From Candidatus Omnitrophota bacterium (GTDB lineage Bacteria; Omnitrophota; Gorgyraeia; Gygaellales; Profunditerraquicolaceae): a DNA stretch of 64,000 nucleotides. A model generated the notes under the pieces. It did not search any database. It was not told the DNA's origin and saw nothing but the letters and a program-made list of their open reading frames with translations. Positions within the stretch are counted from its first letter, which is position 1. Every line of letters begins with the position of its first letter. Below, piece by piece: positions 36,602 through 45,121 of the stretch. Location of the stretch: the NCBI GenBank assembly GCA_028717885.1, contig JAQUMX010000002.1, positions 12,237 to 76,236 on the forward strand, in the 5' to 3' direction. A program made the translations under genes and the position numbers.

Positions 36602-38077
36602 ATGAAAAGAGGGGCGGACATAGTTTTAATTAATCCGGGCCATCGCAAAGCCGTTTTTCAGGATTTAGCGGCTGATTATTCAGCGATTGAGCCGCCATTC
36701 TGGATAGCCGCTATTGCTGCTTATCTATTAAACAAAGGGTTTCAGGTCGCGGTAATTGATGCTAACGCCGAAACAATAAGTCCAGAAGAGATTACTAAAG
36801 AAGTAAAAGAAATACAGCCATTGATTTGTGCGGTAATTGTATACGGTTCTCAGCCTTCTGCTTCAACGCAAAATATGACTGTTGCCGGCTTGATCTGCCG
36901 GGAACTTAAGAATCATACAACTTCTAAGATTGCTCTTGGTGGGCTGCATCCTTCTGCTTTACCTGGGAGGACAATGGAGGAAGAGGCGGTAGATTTTGTT
37001 ATTGATGGAGAGGGGCCGTATACCTTGGCAAGCCTGTTAGAACTTCTTAAAGCCAATAGAAGCGATTATTCTAAGGTACCCGGATTATGGTATCGCCAGA
37101 AGAAGGCGGTAATAAGCAATCCGCGCGCGGCGCTAATAAAAAACCTTGATGAGATTTCGCCTCTTGCTGCGTGGGAGCTATTGGCGATGCATAAATACAG
37201 GGCGCATAATTGGCACTGTTTCGATGGCCTTGATAATCGCATGCCTTATGCGGCAATTTATACCAGCCTGGGGTGCCCTTATGCATGTACTTTCTGTTGT
37301 ATTAATGCGCCTTTTGGCGAGCATATTATCAGGTACCGTAGCCCGGCTTTAGTAGTAAACGAAATTGAATTTTTGGTAAAGAAATACGGTATTAGCAACC
37401 TGAAAATAGTTGATGAATTATTCATATTTAATGAAGAACATTATATGGCAATTGTCGATCTAATATTAGAGAAAGGCCTTGATTTAAATATCTGGGCTTA
37501 TGCCAGGATAGATACGGTAAATTTCTCTAATTTAGAGAAAATGAAGCGCGCGGGGATTAATTGGCTGGCAGTGGGGATAGAATCGGCAAGTGAATTTGTC
37601 AGGGATGGAGCGGATAAACGTATACGGCGGCGGGATATTATCGAAACAGTCAGAAAGATCCAGTCTGCCGGCATTAATGTGGTAGGGAATTATATTTTTG
37701 GCTTACCCGACGATAACCATGATACCATGCAACAGACCTTGGATTTGGCTTTGGAGATAAACGCAGAATGGGCGAATTTTTATTGCGCGATGGCGTATCC
37801 GGGTTCAAAGCTTTATGAGATCGCCCTGGCAGAGAAGTGGGCGTTACCGCAAAGTTGGATAGGATTTTCCCAGCATGCGTACGAGACGCTTCCTTTGCCG
37901 ACGAAATATCTCAATGCCAAAGAGGTTTTGAATTTTAGGGACGAAGCCTTTCTTAAATATTTCCAGAGCGATAGATACCTGGCTTTAATAAGAAAAAAAT
38001 TCGGGGAAAAACCAGAAAGGCATATTCGTGAAGTAACCGGGGTAAAATTAACAAGGAAAATACTTCAGGGGGAATAA
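36602..38077 (+). CDS. Cobalamin-binding (class B) radical SAM enzyme, paralogue C
   Basis: 491 aa. IDGEGPYTLASL, and TSLGCPYACTFCC at 37274-37297. Confidence 0.8.
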   Translation: MKRGADIVLINPGHRKAVFQDLAADYSAIEPPFWIAAIAAYLLNKGFQVAVIDANAETISPEEITKEVKEIQPLICAVIVYGSQPSASTQNMTVAGLICRELKNHTTSKIALGGLHPSALPGRTMEEEAVDFVIDGEGPYTLASLLELLKANRSDYSKVPGLWYRQKKAVISNPRAALIKNLDEISPLAAWELLAMHKYRAHNWHCFDGLDNRMPYAAIYTSLGCPYACTFCCINAPFGEHIIRYRSPALVVNEIEFLVKKYGISNLKIVDELFIFNEEHYMAIVDLILEKGLDLNIWAYARIDTVNFSNLEKMKRAGINWLAVGIESASEFVRDGADKRIRRRDIIETVRKIQSAGINVVGNYIFGLPDDNHDTMQQTLDLALEINAEWANFYCAMAYPGSKLYEIALAEKWALPQSWIGFSQHAYETLPLPTKYLNAKEVLNFRDEAFLKYFQSDRYLALIRKKFGEKPERHIREVTGVKLTRKILQGE

Positions 38078-38082
38078 GAGGG

Positions 38083-40068
38083 ATGGCTGCTGACAGGCGC
38101 AGGGTTTATTTTAACGAATTTAATGTTTTGATGGACAGGACGGCTTATCTGCCGCTAGTGTCCGGATTATTGGCTGCTTATGCCTCTAAATTCGAAGAGA
38201 TAAAATCCAATTATGAATTTATGCCCTTTTTATTTGTACGCAATTCAGTAGAAAATCTATTATTGAATTACCGGCAACCTTGCGTGGCTGCTTTTTCCGT
38301 ATCGGTATGGAATGAACAGCTTAACCTGCAAGTAGCCAGGAGGCTCAAAGAACTATTTCCTGCCTGCCTGGTTGTTTTTGGCGGGCCCCAGGTTCCGCGT
38401 GATTCAAAAGAATACTTCAAGAAACACCCTTTTATCGACTTGGTAGTGCATGGTGACGGAGAAGAAACCCTGGCTGCAATACTACTCAGGTATTTGGTTT
38501 CTTCTGATTTTAGCAATATCCCGAACATTTCCTGGAGGGACCCTATTAAAGGAGGGTATCGGCAAAGTGGAGTTTCAGCTGCCCGGGCAAAAGAACTTGA
38601 TGACTATCCTTCTCCATATGTAAGCGGAATTTTTGATTATCTTTTTACAGATAGCCAGGCACTGAATTTTCAGGCAATCATTGAAACTAACCGGGGTTGC
38701 CCATATCAATGTGCTTATTGTGTTTGGGGTGGAATGAATAAAAAAATGCGTTTTCATAGTTTAGAATATGTTTATGCTGAAATTGAATGGTGCGCAAACC
38801 ATGGTATTAGATACGTTTTTAATGCCGATTCAAATTTCGGAATTAATGAGCGCGATAAACAAATAGCCGAGAAGCTTGCGGAAGCTAAGCATAGATTTGG
38901 GTTTCCGGAGAAATTCAGAAGTTGTTTTGCTAAGAACTGCGAAGAAAGGATTTACGATATAGCTAAGATCCTGGTTCAGGAAAAACTGGAAAAGGGTATT
39001 ACTTTAAGTTTTCAAAGTATGGACAGTAATGTCCTGGATAATATTAAGAGGCAGAATATCGACCTGGGCATATATAAGAAGTTGGTAGGGAGGTTTAATC
39101 AAGAAGGAATCCCGGTTTATTCAGAATTGATTCTGGGGTTACCGGGAGAAAATTTTAAAACCTGGAGCAAGGGGGTGGAGGAGATATTGGAAGCCGGCCT
39201 TAAAGATCAGCTTTTTATTTATCCGTGCGAGGTCTACCCCAATACTGCGCTATCAGAAGAAGGATACCGCAAAGAATTCGGTATTATTACCAAGCGTATC
39301 CGTTTAAGCGAGATTCACGGCCTCATTCGGCAGGAAGAAGAAATCACGGAATACCAGGATATTGTCATTTCTACAACAACCATGGGTTTAGAAGAATGGA
39401 AAAAAATGATGATCTTTTCTTGGTTGATGATGTTCTTTTTTAGTATGAAAGTGGGATTCTTTATTTTATCCTACATTTTTTTACGTTATAAAATTCAATT
39501 TGTTAAACTTATTGAATTTATCTATCAGGATCAATCTGCTATCCCCGCGTTCTTGCGCGAGGAATTAGCCAGCTATAAGCAGATTTTGGAGCAAATACTC
39601 CAGGGAGGCAGAAAAGCTGTGATAATGCCGTTATTCGGCAATATCTATTGGGATGTAGAAGAAGCAAGTTTCTTAAGGCTATCCGAAAGGAGCGGTGAAT
39701 TTTATGAACAGATGCTGCCGTTCCTGGAAAATTTCCTTAACCAGCAAGGGGTATCTTTTGAGCAGAAAGAACTAATGGAGTCCGTTAAATATCAAAGGAT
39801 GCGTTTTCCTTCTTTTATGCCCTCGGCAATAACCGAGTATGAATTCCAATACAATTTCCCGGAATTTTTTGAAAACTATCTTAGGAATAAGGCCATTCCC
39901 CTAGAACAAAAAAGTCAAATATTAAGGATTTTTCCAAAGGATTTTAAGTCTGATAGGTTTGCCTACGCCCGCCAGATAGTTTTAGAAGGCAGAAAGAGCA
40001 ATCGTATATTGACGGAATCAAGTTGGTCTAATAAAAAAACGGAAGCGCCATTGGCAAGGAAAGGTTGA
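38083..40068 (+). CDS. Cobalamin-binding (class B) radical SAM enzyme, paralogue D, with a long C-terminal extension containing one hydrophobic helix
   Basis: 661 aa. VHGDGEETLAAI, and TNRGCPYQCAYCV at 38698-38721. Hydrophobic segment MMIFSWLMMFFFSMKVGFFILSYIFL at 39406-39483. Confidence 0.75.
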   Translation: MAADRRRVYFNEFNVLMDRTAYLPLVSGLLAAYASKFEEIKSNYEFMPFLFVRNSVENLLLNYRQPCVAAFSVSVWNEQLNLQVARRLKELFPACLVVFGGPQVPRDSKEYFKKHPFIDLVVHGDGEETLAAILLRYLVSSDFSNIPNISWRDPIKGGYRQSGVSAARAKELDDYPSPYVSGIFDYLFTDSQALNFQAIIETNRGCPYQCAYCVWGGMNKKMRFHSLEYVYAEIEWCANHGIRYVFNADSNFGINERDKQIAEKLAEAKHRFGFPEKFRSCFAKNCEERIYDIAKILVQEKLEKGITLSFQSMDSNVLDNIKRQNIDLGIYKKLVGRFNQEGIPVYSELILGLPGENFKTWSKGVEEILEAGLKDQLFIYPCEVYPNTALSEEGYRKEFGIITKRIRLSEIHGLIRQEEEITEYQDIVISTTTMGLEEWKKMMIFSWLMMFFFSMKVGFFILSYIFLRYKIQFVKLIEFIYQDQSAIPAFLREELASYKQILEQILQGGRKAVIMPLFGNIYWDVEEASFLRLSERSGEFYEQMLPFLENFLNQQGVSFEQKELMESVKYQRMRFPSFMPSAITEYEFQYNFPEFFENYLRNKAIPLEQKSQILRIFPKDFKSDRFAYARQIVLEGRKSNRILTESSWSNKKTEAPLARKG

Positions 40069-40069
40069 G

Positions 40070-41053
40070 ATGATTATCAGCAGAACTCCTTTACGTATTT
40101 CTTTTTTTGGCGGCGGAACCGATTATCCGCTTTGGTACAACGAAAATGGCGGGGCTGTTTTAGCCACAACTATTAATAAGTACTGCTTTATTACCTGCAG
40201 GCACCTGCCGCCGTTTTTTGAGCACAAATCGCGTATTGTTTATTCGCATATAGAGAACGTCAAAGAAATCTCTGAGATCAGGCATCCTTCCGTAAAGTCA
40301 TGCCTTGAATTTATGAAGATTAAGCAGGGGATTGAAATCCATCATGACGGTGACCTGCCGGCAAGGTCAGGCCTGGGCTCAAGCTCCGCTTTTACAGTCG
40401 GGTTGCTGCATAGTTTGTATGCATTAGCAGGAAAAATGCCGACAAAGCGGCAGCTGGCGCTGGATGCCATTCAGGTGGAACAGAAAATGATTAAGGAAAA
40501 TGTCGGTTCACAGGACCAGGTCCTGGCTGCTTTTGGGGGCTTTAACCGCGTTGAATTCGGCGGTAATCAGCATATTCAGGTGCGCAAGATTACTGTCAGC
40601 CAGGAAAAACTTGAATCTTTGCAATCTCATATGATGCTTTTTTTTACGGGGTTCTCCAGGATTGCTTCGGAAATTGCCAGCGAACAGCTAAAGAATATCC
40701 CTCAAAAAAAGAAAGAACTAAAAACTATGCATCAAATGGTTGACCAGGCTACCGAAATCATGAATAGTGGCAGGATTGATGAATTCGGCAGGTTATTGCA
40801 TGAATCCTGGAAGCTTAAGAAATCACTTTCGCACAAAATCAGCAATCCCGATATTGACGAAATTTACGCTTGTGCAAGAAAGTCCGGAGCAACCGGTGGA
40901 AAGCTGCTGGGGGCCGGCGGCGGCGGTTTTATCCTGTTTTTTGTCCAACCGGAAAAACAAAAACAACTAAAAGAAAAATTAAAAAAACTTTTATGGGTGC
41001 CTTTCAGGTTCGAGGACCTAGGCAGCCAGATAATTTTTTATCAGCAAACATAA
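40070..41053 (+). CDS. hddA: GHMP kinase, D-glycero-alpha-D-manno-heptose 7-phosphate kinase-like
   Basis: 327 aa. ISRTPLRISFFGGGTDYPLWY and the GHMP motif PARSGLGSSSAFTVGL. Confidence 0.7.
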   Translation: MIISRTPLRISFFGGGTDYPLWYNENGGAVLATTINKYCFITCRHLPPFFEHKSRIVYSHIENVKEISEIRHPSVKSCLEFMKIKQGIEIHHDGDLPARSGLGSSSAFTVGLLHSLYALAGKMPTKRQLALDAIQVEQKMIKENVGSQDQVLAAFGGFNRVEFGGNQHIQVRKITVSQEKLESLQSHMMLFFTGFSRIASEIASEQLKNIPQKKKELKTMHQMVDQATEIMNSGRIDEFGRLLHESWKLKKSLSHKISNPDIDEIYACARKSGATGGKLLGAGGGGFILFFVQPEKQKQLKEKLKKLLWVPFRFEDLGSQIIFYQQT

Positions 41054-41793
41054 TGCTAAAAACTAAAGATATCGATGTAGTTATTCTTTCCGGAGGATTG
41101 GGGAAGAGGTTGCGGAAAGTGATAAATGACCGCCCAAAGCCTATGGCAGAAATTAACGGACAACCGTTCCTGGAGATAATTGTAACTTACCTAAGGAAGA
41201 TCGGATTCAAAAGTTTTATCTTCAGCACCGGTTATAAAGCGGGAAAAATCAAACAATATTTTATCAAAAAGGGTAGCCAGCGGTATTATTTCTCGCACGA
41301 AAAAATACCATTGGGTACCGGAGGGGCGGTAAAGAATGCGAAGAAATTTATTAAGAGTAGGCTTTTTCTTGTTTTGAACGGGGATTCATTCTGTAAGGTT
41401 GATTTTTCCGGCTTTTTGAAATTTCACTCCAGAAAAAAAGCTGTTTTTTCGATGGTTTTAGTAAAAAACATGAATAACTGTGATTTTGGTTCGGTTAAGC
41501 TGGAGAAAACAGGCAGGGTCAGTAATTTCAAGGAAAAGGGGATCCCTCTTGCCGGCAGTAATTTGTTAAATGCGGGCATTTATCTTTTTTCTTCGCGCAT
41601 ATTCTCGTTAATGCCTCGGAAAAAAAGATTTTCCCTGGAATACGACCTCCTGCCTCTATTGGTGAAAAAAAGGTTATTTGGGTTCCGAACGCAGGGGCCG
41701 TTAATTGATATAGGGACAAAGCAAGGATTGGCTGCTGCTGGGGTATATTTTAAAAAATACGGTGGATTCTTGTCTAAGGGGGTTGGGAGTTAA
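41053..41793 (+). CDS. hddC: Sugar-1-phosphate nucleotidyltransferase, heptose-1-phosphate guanylyltransferase-like
   Basis: 246 aa from the ATG at 41053 (TAATG overlap); the listed 40870 start is an out-of-frame overlap with hddA. VVILSGGLGKRLR ... PKPMAEINGQPFLE. Confidence 0.7.
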   Translation: MLKTKDIDVVILSGGLGKRLRKVINDRPKPMAEINGQPFLEIIVTYLRKIGFKSFIFSTGYKAGKIKQYFIKKGSQRYYFSHEKIPLGTGGAVKNAKKFIKSRLFLVLNGDSFCKVDFSGFLKFHSRKKAVFSMVLVKNMNNCDFGSVKLEKTGRVSNFKEKGIPLAGSNLLNAGIYLFSSRIFSLMPRKKRFSLEYDLLPLLVKKRLFGFRTQGPLIDIGTKQGLAAAGVYFKKYGGFLSKGVGS

Positions 41794-42993
41794 ATGAGAA
41801 TTGATTTCGGTACGGTAGAAATAACGGAATATTCAAAAAAGTTAATTGCACAGATACTTGATTCTGGCAGAGTTTCCAGCGGGAAATATGTCCGTGAATT
41901 TGAAAAAAAATTTGCCGAATTAGTCGGCGTTAAAGAAGCTGTGGCAGTTTCAACCGGCACTGACGCCGATGCTTTGGCGTTGGCTGTGCTTTATGATTTC
42001 GGTGCCAACAGGGAAGATGAAATAATTATTCCTGCCTTGTCTTTTGTAGCGACGGGTAATGCTGTATTACAGGCTGGTTTTAAGCCGGTTTTTGTGGATG
42101 TAAAAAGAGAAACTTTTAATATCGATCCGCAATTGATTGAAAAAGCGATTACTCCCAGGACCCGGGCAATCATGCCGGTGCATCTTATGGGTAAACCGGC
42201 ACAGATGCAGGAAATAAGCAGTTTAGCAAAGAAGCATAAACTCTACGTAATTGAGGACGCGGCAGAAGCTCACGGAGCGGTTTATCATGGGAATAATGTA
42301 GGCTGTTTATGCGATATGGGGGCTTTTAGCCTCTATGTTGCGCATATTATCACTACTGTCGAAGGCGGGATTATTACTACTAATAACCCGGAATTTGCCG
42401 AGATCCTAAGGTCATTGAGAAGCCATGGCCGTGCCTGTAAATGTGAGTCATGCGTAATTAATACAAGTTCTGCACATTGTCCGAAACGTTTTAAATCCAA
42501 TGGTAGCGCAGATATCAGGTTTATCTTCGAGAGGATTGGTTTTTCTGCTAAAATGAACGAGTTGGAAGCAGCAGTCGGGCTTGGTAATTTACAATTTTAC
42601 AGGGATATTCTTGATAAAAGAAGGGATAATCTCTACTATCTAATGGATAAATTCCGGAAATTTTCTTCTTATATGCAGACAATTGAAAAAGAAAATGATG
42701 AAGAGATCGGGCCACACGCCTTTCCGATCGTAATCAACGAAGGAGCAGGTTTTAGCCGGAATTCATTCGTCGAATTTCTTGCCAGCAAAGGCATTGATTC
42801 ACGTAATTTATTTACTTCTATGCCTACGCAATGCCGTGGGTTTGCATTCCTCGGGTACAAGCCGGGTGATTTTCCGAATGCCGAATATATCGGCAACAAT
42901 GGGCTGCATATCGGGGTACATCAAAATTTGGGAAAAACGGAATGTGATTATTTTATCGATATGGTTAATGAATTTTTAGAAAAGTATCTTTAG
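41794..42993 (+). CDS. DegT-family PMP/PLP enzyme with His replacing the Schiff-base Lys: NDP-4-keto-6-deoxyhexose 3-dehydratase (ColD/E1-like)
   Basis: 399 aa. FSLYVAHIITTVEGG places His184 (codon 42343-42345) at the -6 position from EGG, where aminotransferases carry Lys. Downstream Cys cluster CKCESCVINTSSAHC (42436-42480). Confidence 0.65.
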   Translation: MRIDFGTVEITEYSKKLIAQILDSGRVSSGKYVREFEKKFAELVGVKEAVAVSTGTDADALALAVLYDFGANREDEIIIPALSFVATGNAVLQAGFKPVFVDVKRETFNIDPQLIEKAITPRTRAIMPVHLMGKPAQMQEISSLAKKHKLYVIEDAAEAHGAVYHGNNVGCLCDMGAFSLYVAHIITTVEGGIITTNNPEFAEILRSLRSHGRACKCESCVINTSSAHCPKRFKSNGSADIRFIFERIGFSAKMNELEAAVGLGNLQFYRDILDKRRDNLYYLMDKFRKFSSYMQTIEKENDEEIGPHAFPIVINEGAGFSRNSFVEFLASKGIDSRNLFTSMPTQCRGFAFLGYKPGDFPNAEYIGNNGLHIGVHQNLGKTECDYFIDMVNEFLEKYL

Positions 42994-43012
42994 TGTTTTG
43001 GAGGGAGTTGAA

Positions 43013-43972
43013 ATGAAGAAGGAAAGGGTTTTGGTAACAGGCGCTGGCGGGTTCATCGGCCATCATCTCATAAAATACCTCAAGAAGAAAGGTTATTGGG
43101 TAAGAGGGGTGGATATTAAGGCGCCGGAATACGAAAAGACACCGGCCGATGAATTTATGATCCTTGATTTGCGCAGTTGGCCGAATTGCCTGCGTGCCCT
43201 CATTGGGATCAACCATGTTTATAATCTGGCGGCAAATATGGGAGGGATTGGTTTTATTCATTCTCATAAAGCAGAAATTGTGCATGATAATACTTTGGTG
43301 AGCATAAATATGTTGGAGGCTGCCAGGTTAAACGGGGTTTCGAAATTTCTTTTTACTTCCTCTGCCTGTGTTTATCCTTCTTACCGGCAGGATATACCGG
43401 AGGTTACAGGGCTTAAAGAGGAAGATGCGTATCCTGCTGACCCGGAAGACGGCTATGGCTGGGAAAAGCTTTATACTGAAAGGGCTTGCCGGCATTATTA
43501 TGAGGACTTCGGATTAAATACTTATATTGTACGTTTCCATAATATTTATGGCCCGCTGGGGACTTACGATGGAGGAAGAGAGAAATCGCCTGCGGCGATT
43601 TGCCGTAAAATTGCCCTTGCCAAGAAAAATGGCACAATTGAAGTCTGGGGAGACGGAAAGCAAACGCGTTCTTATTGCTATATTGGTGATTGCGTCGAAG
43701 GTATTTATCGCCTTATGCAATCCGATTATCATCAGCCGCTTAATCTCGGTACGGATCGGATGGTTACAATAGACGAATTAGTAGGGATAGTGGCTAAGAT
43801 CGCCGGAAAAAAGATATTGAAACGCTACGATTTAAGCAAGCCCCAGGGGGTACGGGGAAGAAACAGCGACAATAGCCGGTTACGTAAAGTTTTAGGATGG
43901 GAACCGAAAACCCCGCTGGAAAAAGGCTTAACCATAACCTATAAATGGATTCGCAGGCAACTTAAAACGTAA
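43013..43972 (+). CDS. GDP-mannose 3,5-epimerase (GME)-like SDR
   Basis: 319 aa from the ATG at 43013 (GGAGGGA ribosome-binding site). LAANMGGIGFI, SSACVYP, YGWEKL and RFHNIYGPLGTYDGGREKSPAAICRK closely parallel plant GME (LAADMGGMGFI, SSACIYP, YGLEKL, RFHNIYGPFGTWKGGREKAPAAFCRK) as I recall it. Confidence 0.75.
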   Translation: MKKERVLVTGAGGFIGHHLIKYLKKKGYWVRGVDIKAPEYEKTPADEFMILDLRSWPNCLRALIGINHVYNLAANMGGIGFIHSHKAEIVHDNTLVSINMLEAARLNGVSKFLFTSSACVYPSYRQDIPEVTGLKEEDAYPADPEDGYGWEKLYTERACRHYYEDFGLNTYIVRFHNIYGPLGTYDGGREKSPAAICRKIALAKKNGTIEVWGDGKQTRSYCYIGDCVEGIYRLMQSDYHQPLNLGTDRMVTIDELVGIVAKIAGKKILKRYDLSKPQGVRGRNSDNSRLRKVLGWEPKTPLEKGLTITYKWIRRQLKT

Positions 43973-45121
43973 ATGCGGGAAAAAATAAAGATTCTTTATC
44001 TTTGTGAAAGCCTAAAGGTCGGCGGCGCCGAACAGCTCGTGCTGACGACCATAAAAAACCTGGATCGCTCCCTTTTTTCTCCGGCGGTGTATTGCTTACA
44101 TGAAAAAGGAATGATCGGCCAAGAGATAGAGAAACAGGGGGTTAAGGTATTTACGTTGGAAGAAAGCCTAAATCTGTTTAATTTTAAGATTATTTATGAA
44201 TTATTCAAGGTATTTAAGAAAGAGAAACCCGGGATCCTGCATACTCATCTTTTTTACGCCAATTACTACGGCAGGATCGCAGCTCTGTTTAGTGCAATAC
44301 CGGTTCGAATAATCACAGAGCACGGCACTCATTCTAATTTCAAAAAGTTTTATCATCATATGATAGATTTTGTGCTTTCTTTCTTTACCAGCAGGATCAT
44401 TGCGGTGTCCCTTGCGGTGAAGCGATATCTCTGCAGGTTTTCTTTTATACCGCAAAGCAAGATCAGTGTGATTTATAATGCAATTGATACAGACCGGTTT
44501 GACCTCGCCGCCGGCCTGGATAAGAATTCACTGCGTCAAAAGTTTGGGCTTTCGGATTCGGAACTCGTATTCGGATGTATCTCCACGCTTGTACCCTGGA
44601 AAGGGCAGGATTTTTTATTAAAGGGGTTTGCCAGCGTAGCTAAACGTTTTCCTTCTGCCAAGCTTTGTTTGATCGGCAGGGATGATGCTGGGTTTAAAAG
44701 CGATTTGCAGGCTTATGTAAGAAGGAATGATTTAGAAAAAAACGTGCTTTTTTTAGGAGAGCGCAGGGATATTCCGGAAGTCCTAAGGCTATTGGATATT
44801 TTTGTCATGCCTTCGCTTACCGAAGGCTTAGGAATAGCTTTGCTGGAAGCGATGTATATGGGGCTTCCTTCGATAGCCACAAATACCGAAGGTATCGCTG
44901 AGATCGTAGAGCATCAAAAGGACGGTTTACTTTTTAAGCGAGGAGACCTTGAAGGGATGACTAATGCCATGTTGACTCTGGCTTCTGATAAAGAGAAGGC
45001 GAGGCAAATAGGCTCAAACGCACGCTTAAAAGTAGACCAGTTATTCTTGCCTCGGCATTATATGGATGGGTTACAGTCATTGTATAGGCAATTGGCAGAA
45101 GGGAAAAAAGTTAACCAATGA
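43973..45121 (+). CDS. Glycosyltransferase family 4
   Basis: 382 aa. GGAEQLV, and the E-x7-E region PSLTEGLGIALLEAMYMGLPSIAT. Confidence 0.85.
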   Translation: MREKIKILYLCESLKVGGAEQLVLTTIKNLDRSLFSPAVYCLHEKGMIGQEIEKQGVKVFTLEESLNLFNFKIIYELFKVFKKEKPGILHTHLFYANYYGRIAALFSAIPVRIITEHGTHSNFKKFYHHMIDFVLSFFTSRIIAVSLAVKRYLCRFSFIPQSKISVIYNAIDTDRFDLAAGLDKNSLRQKFGLSDSELVFGCISTLVPWKGQDFLLKGFASVAKRFPSAKLCLIGRDDAGFKSDLQAYVRRNDLEKNVLFLGERRDIPEVLRLLDIFVMPSLTEGLGIALLEAMYMGLPSIATNTEGIAEIVEHQKDGLLFKRGDLEGMTNAMLTLASDKEKARQIGSNARLKVDQLFLPRHYMDGLQSLYRQLAEGKKVNQ

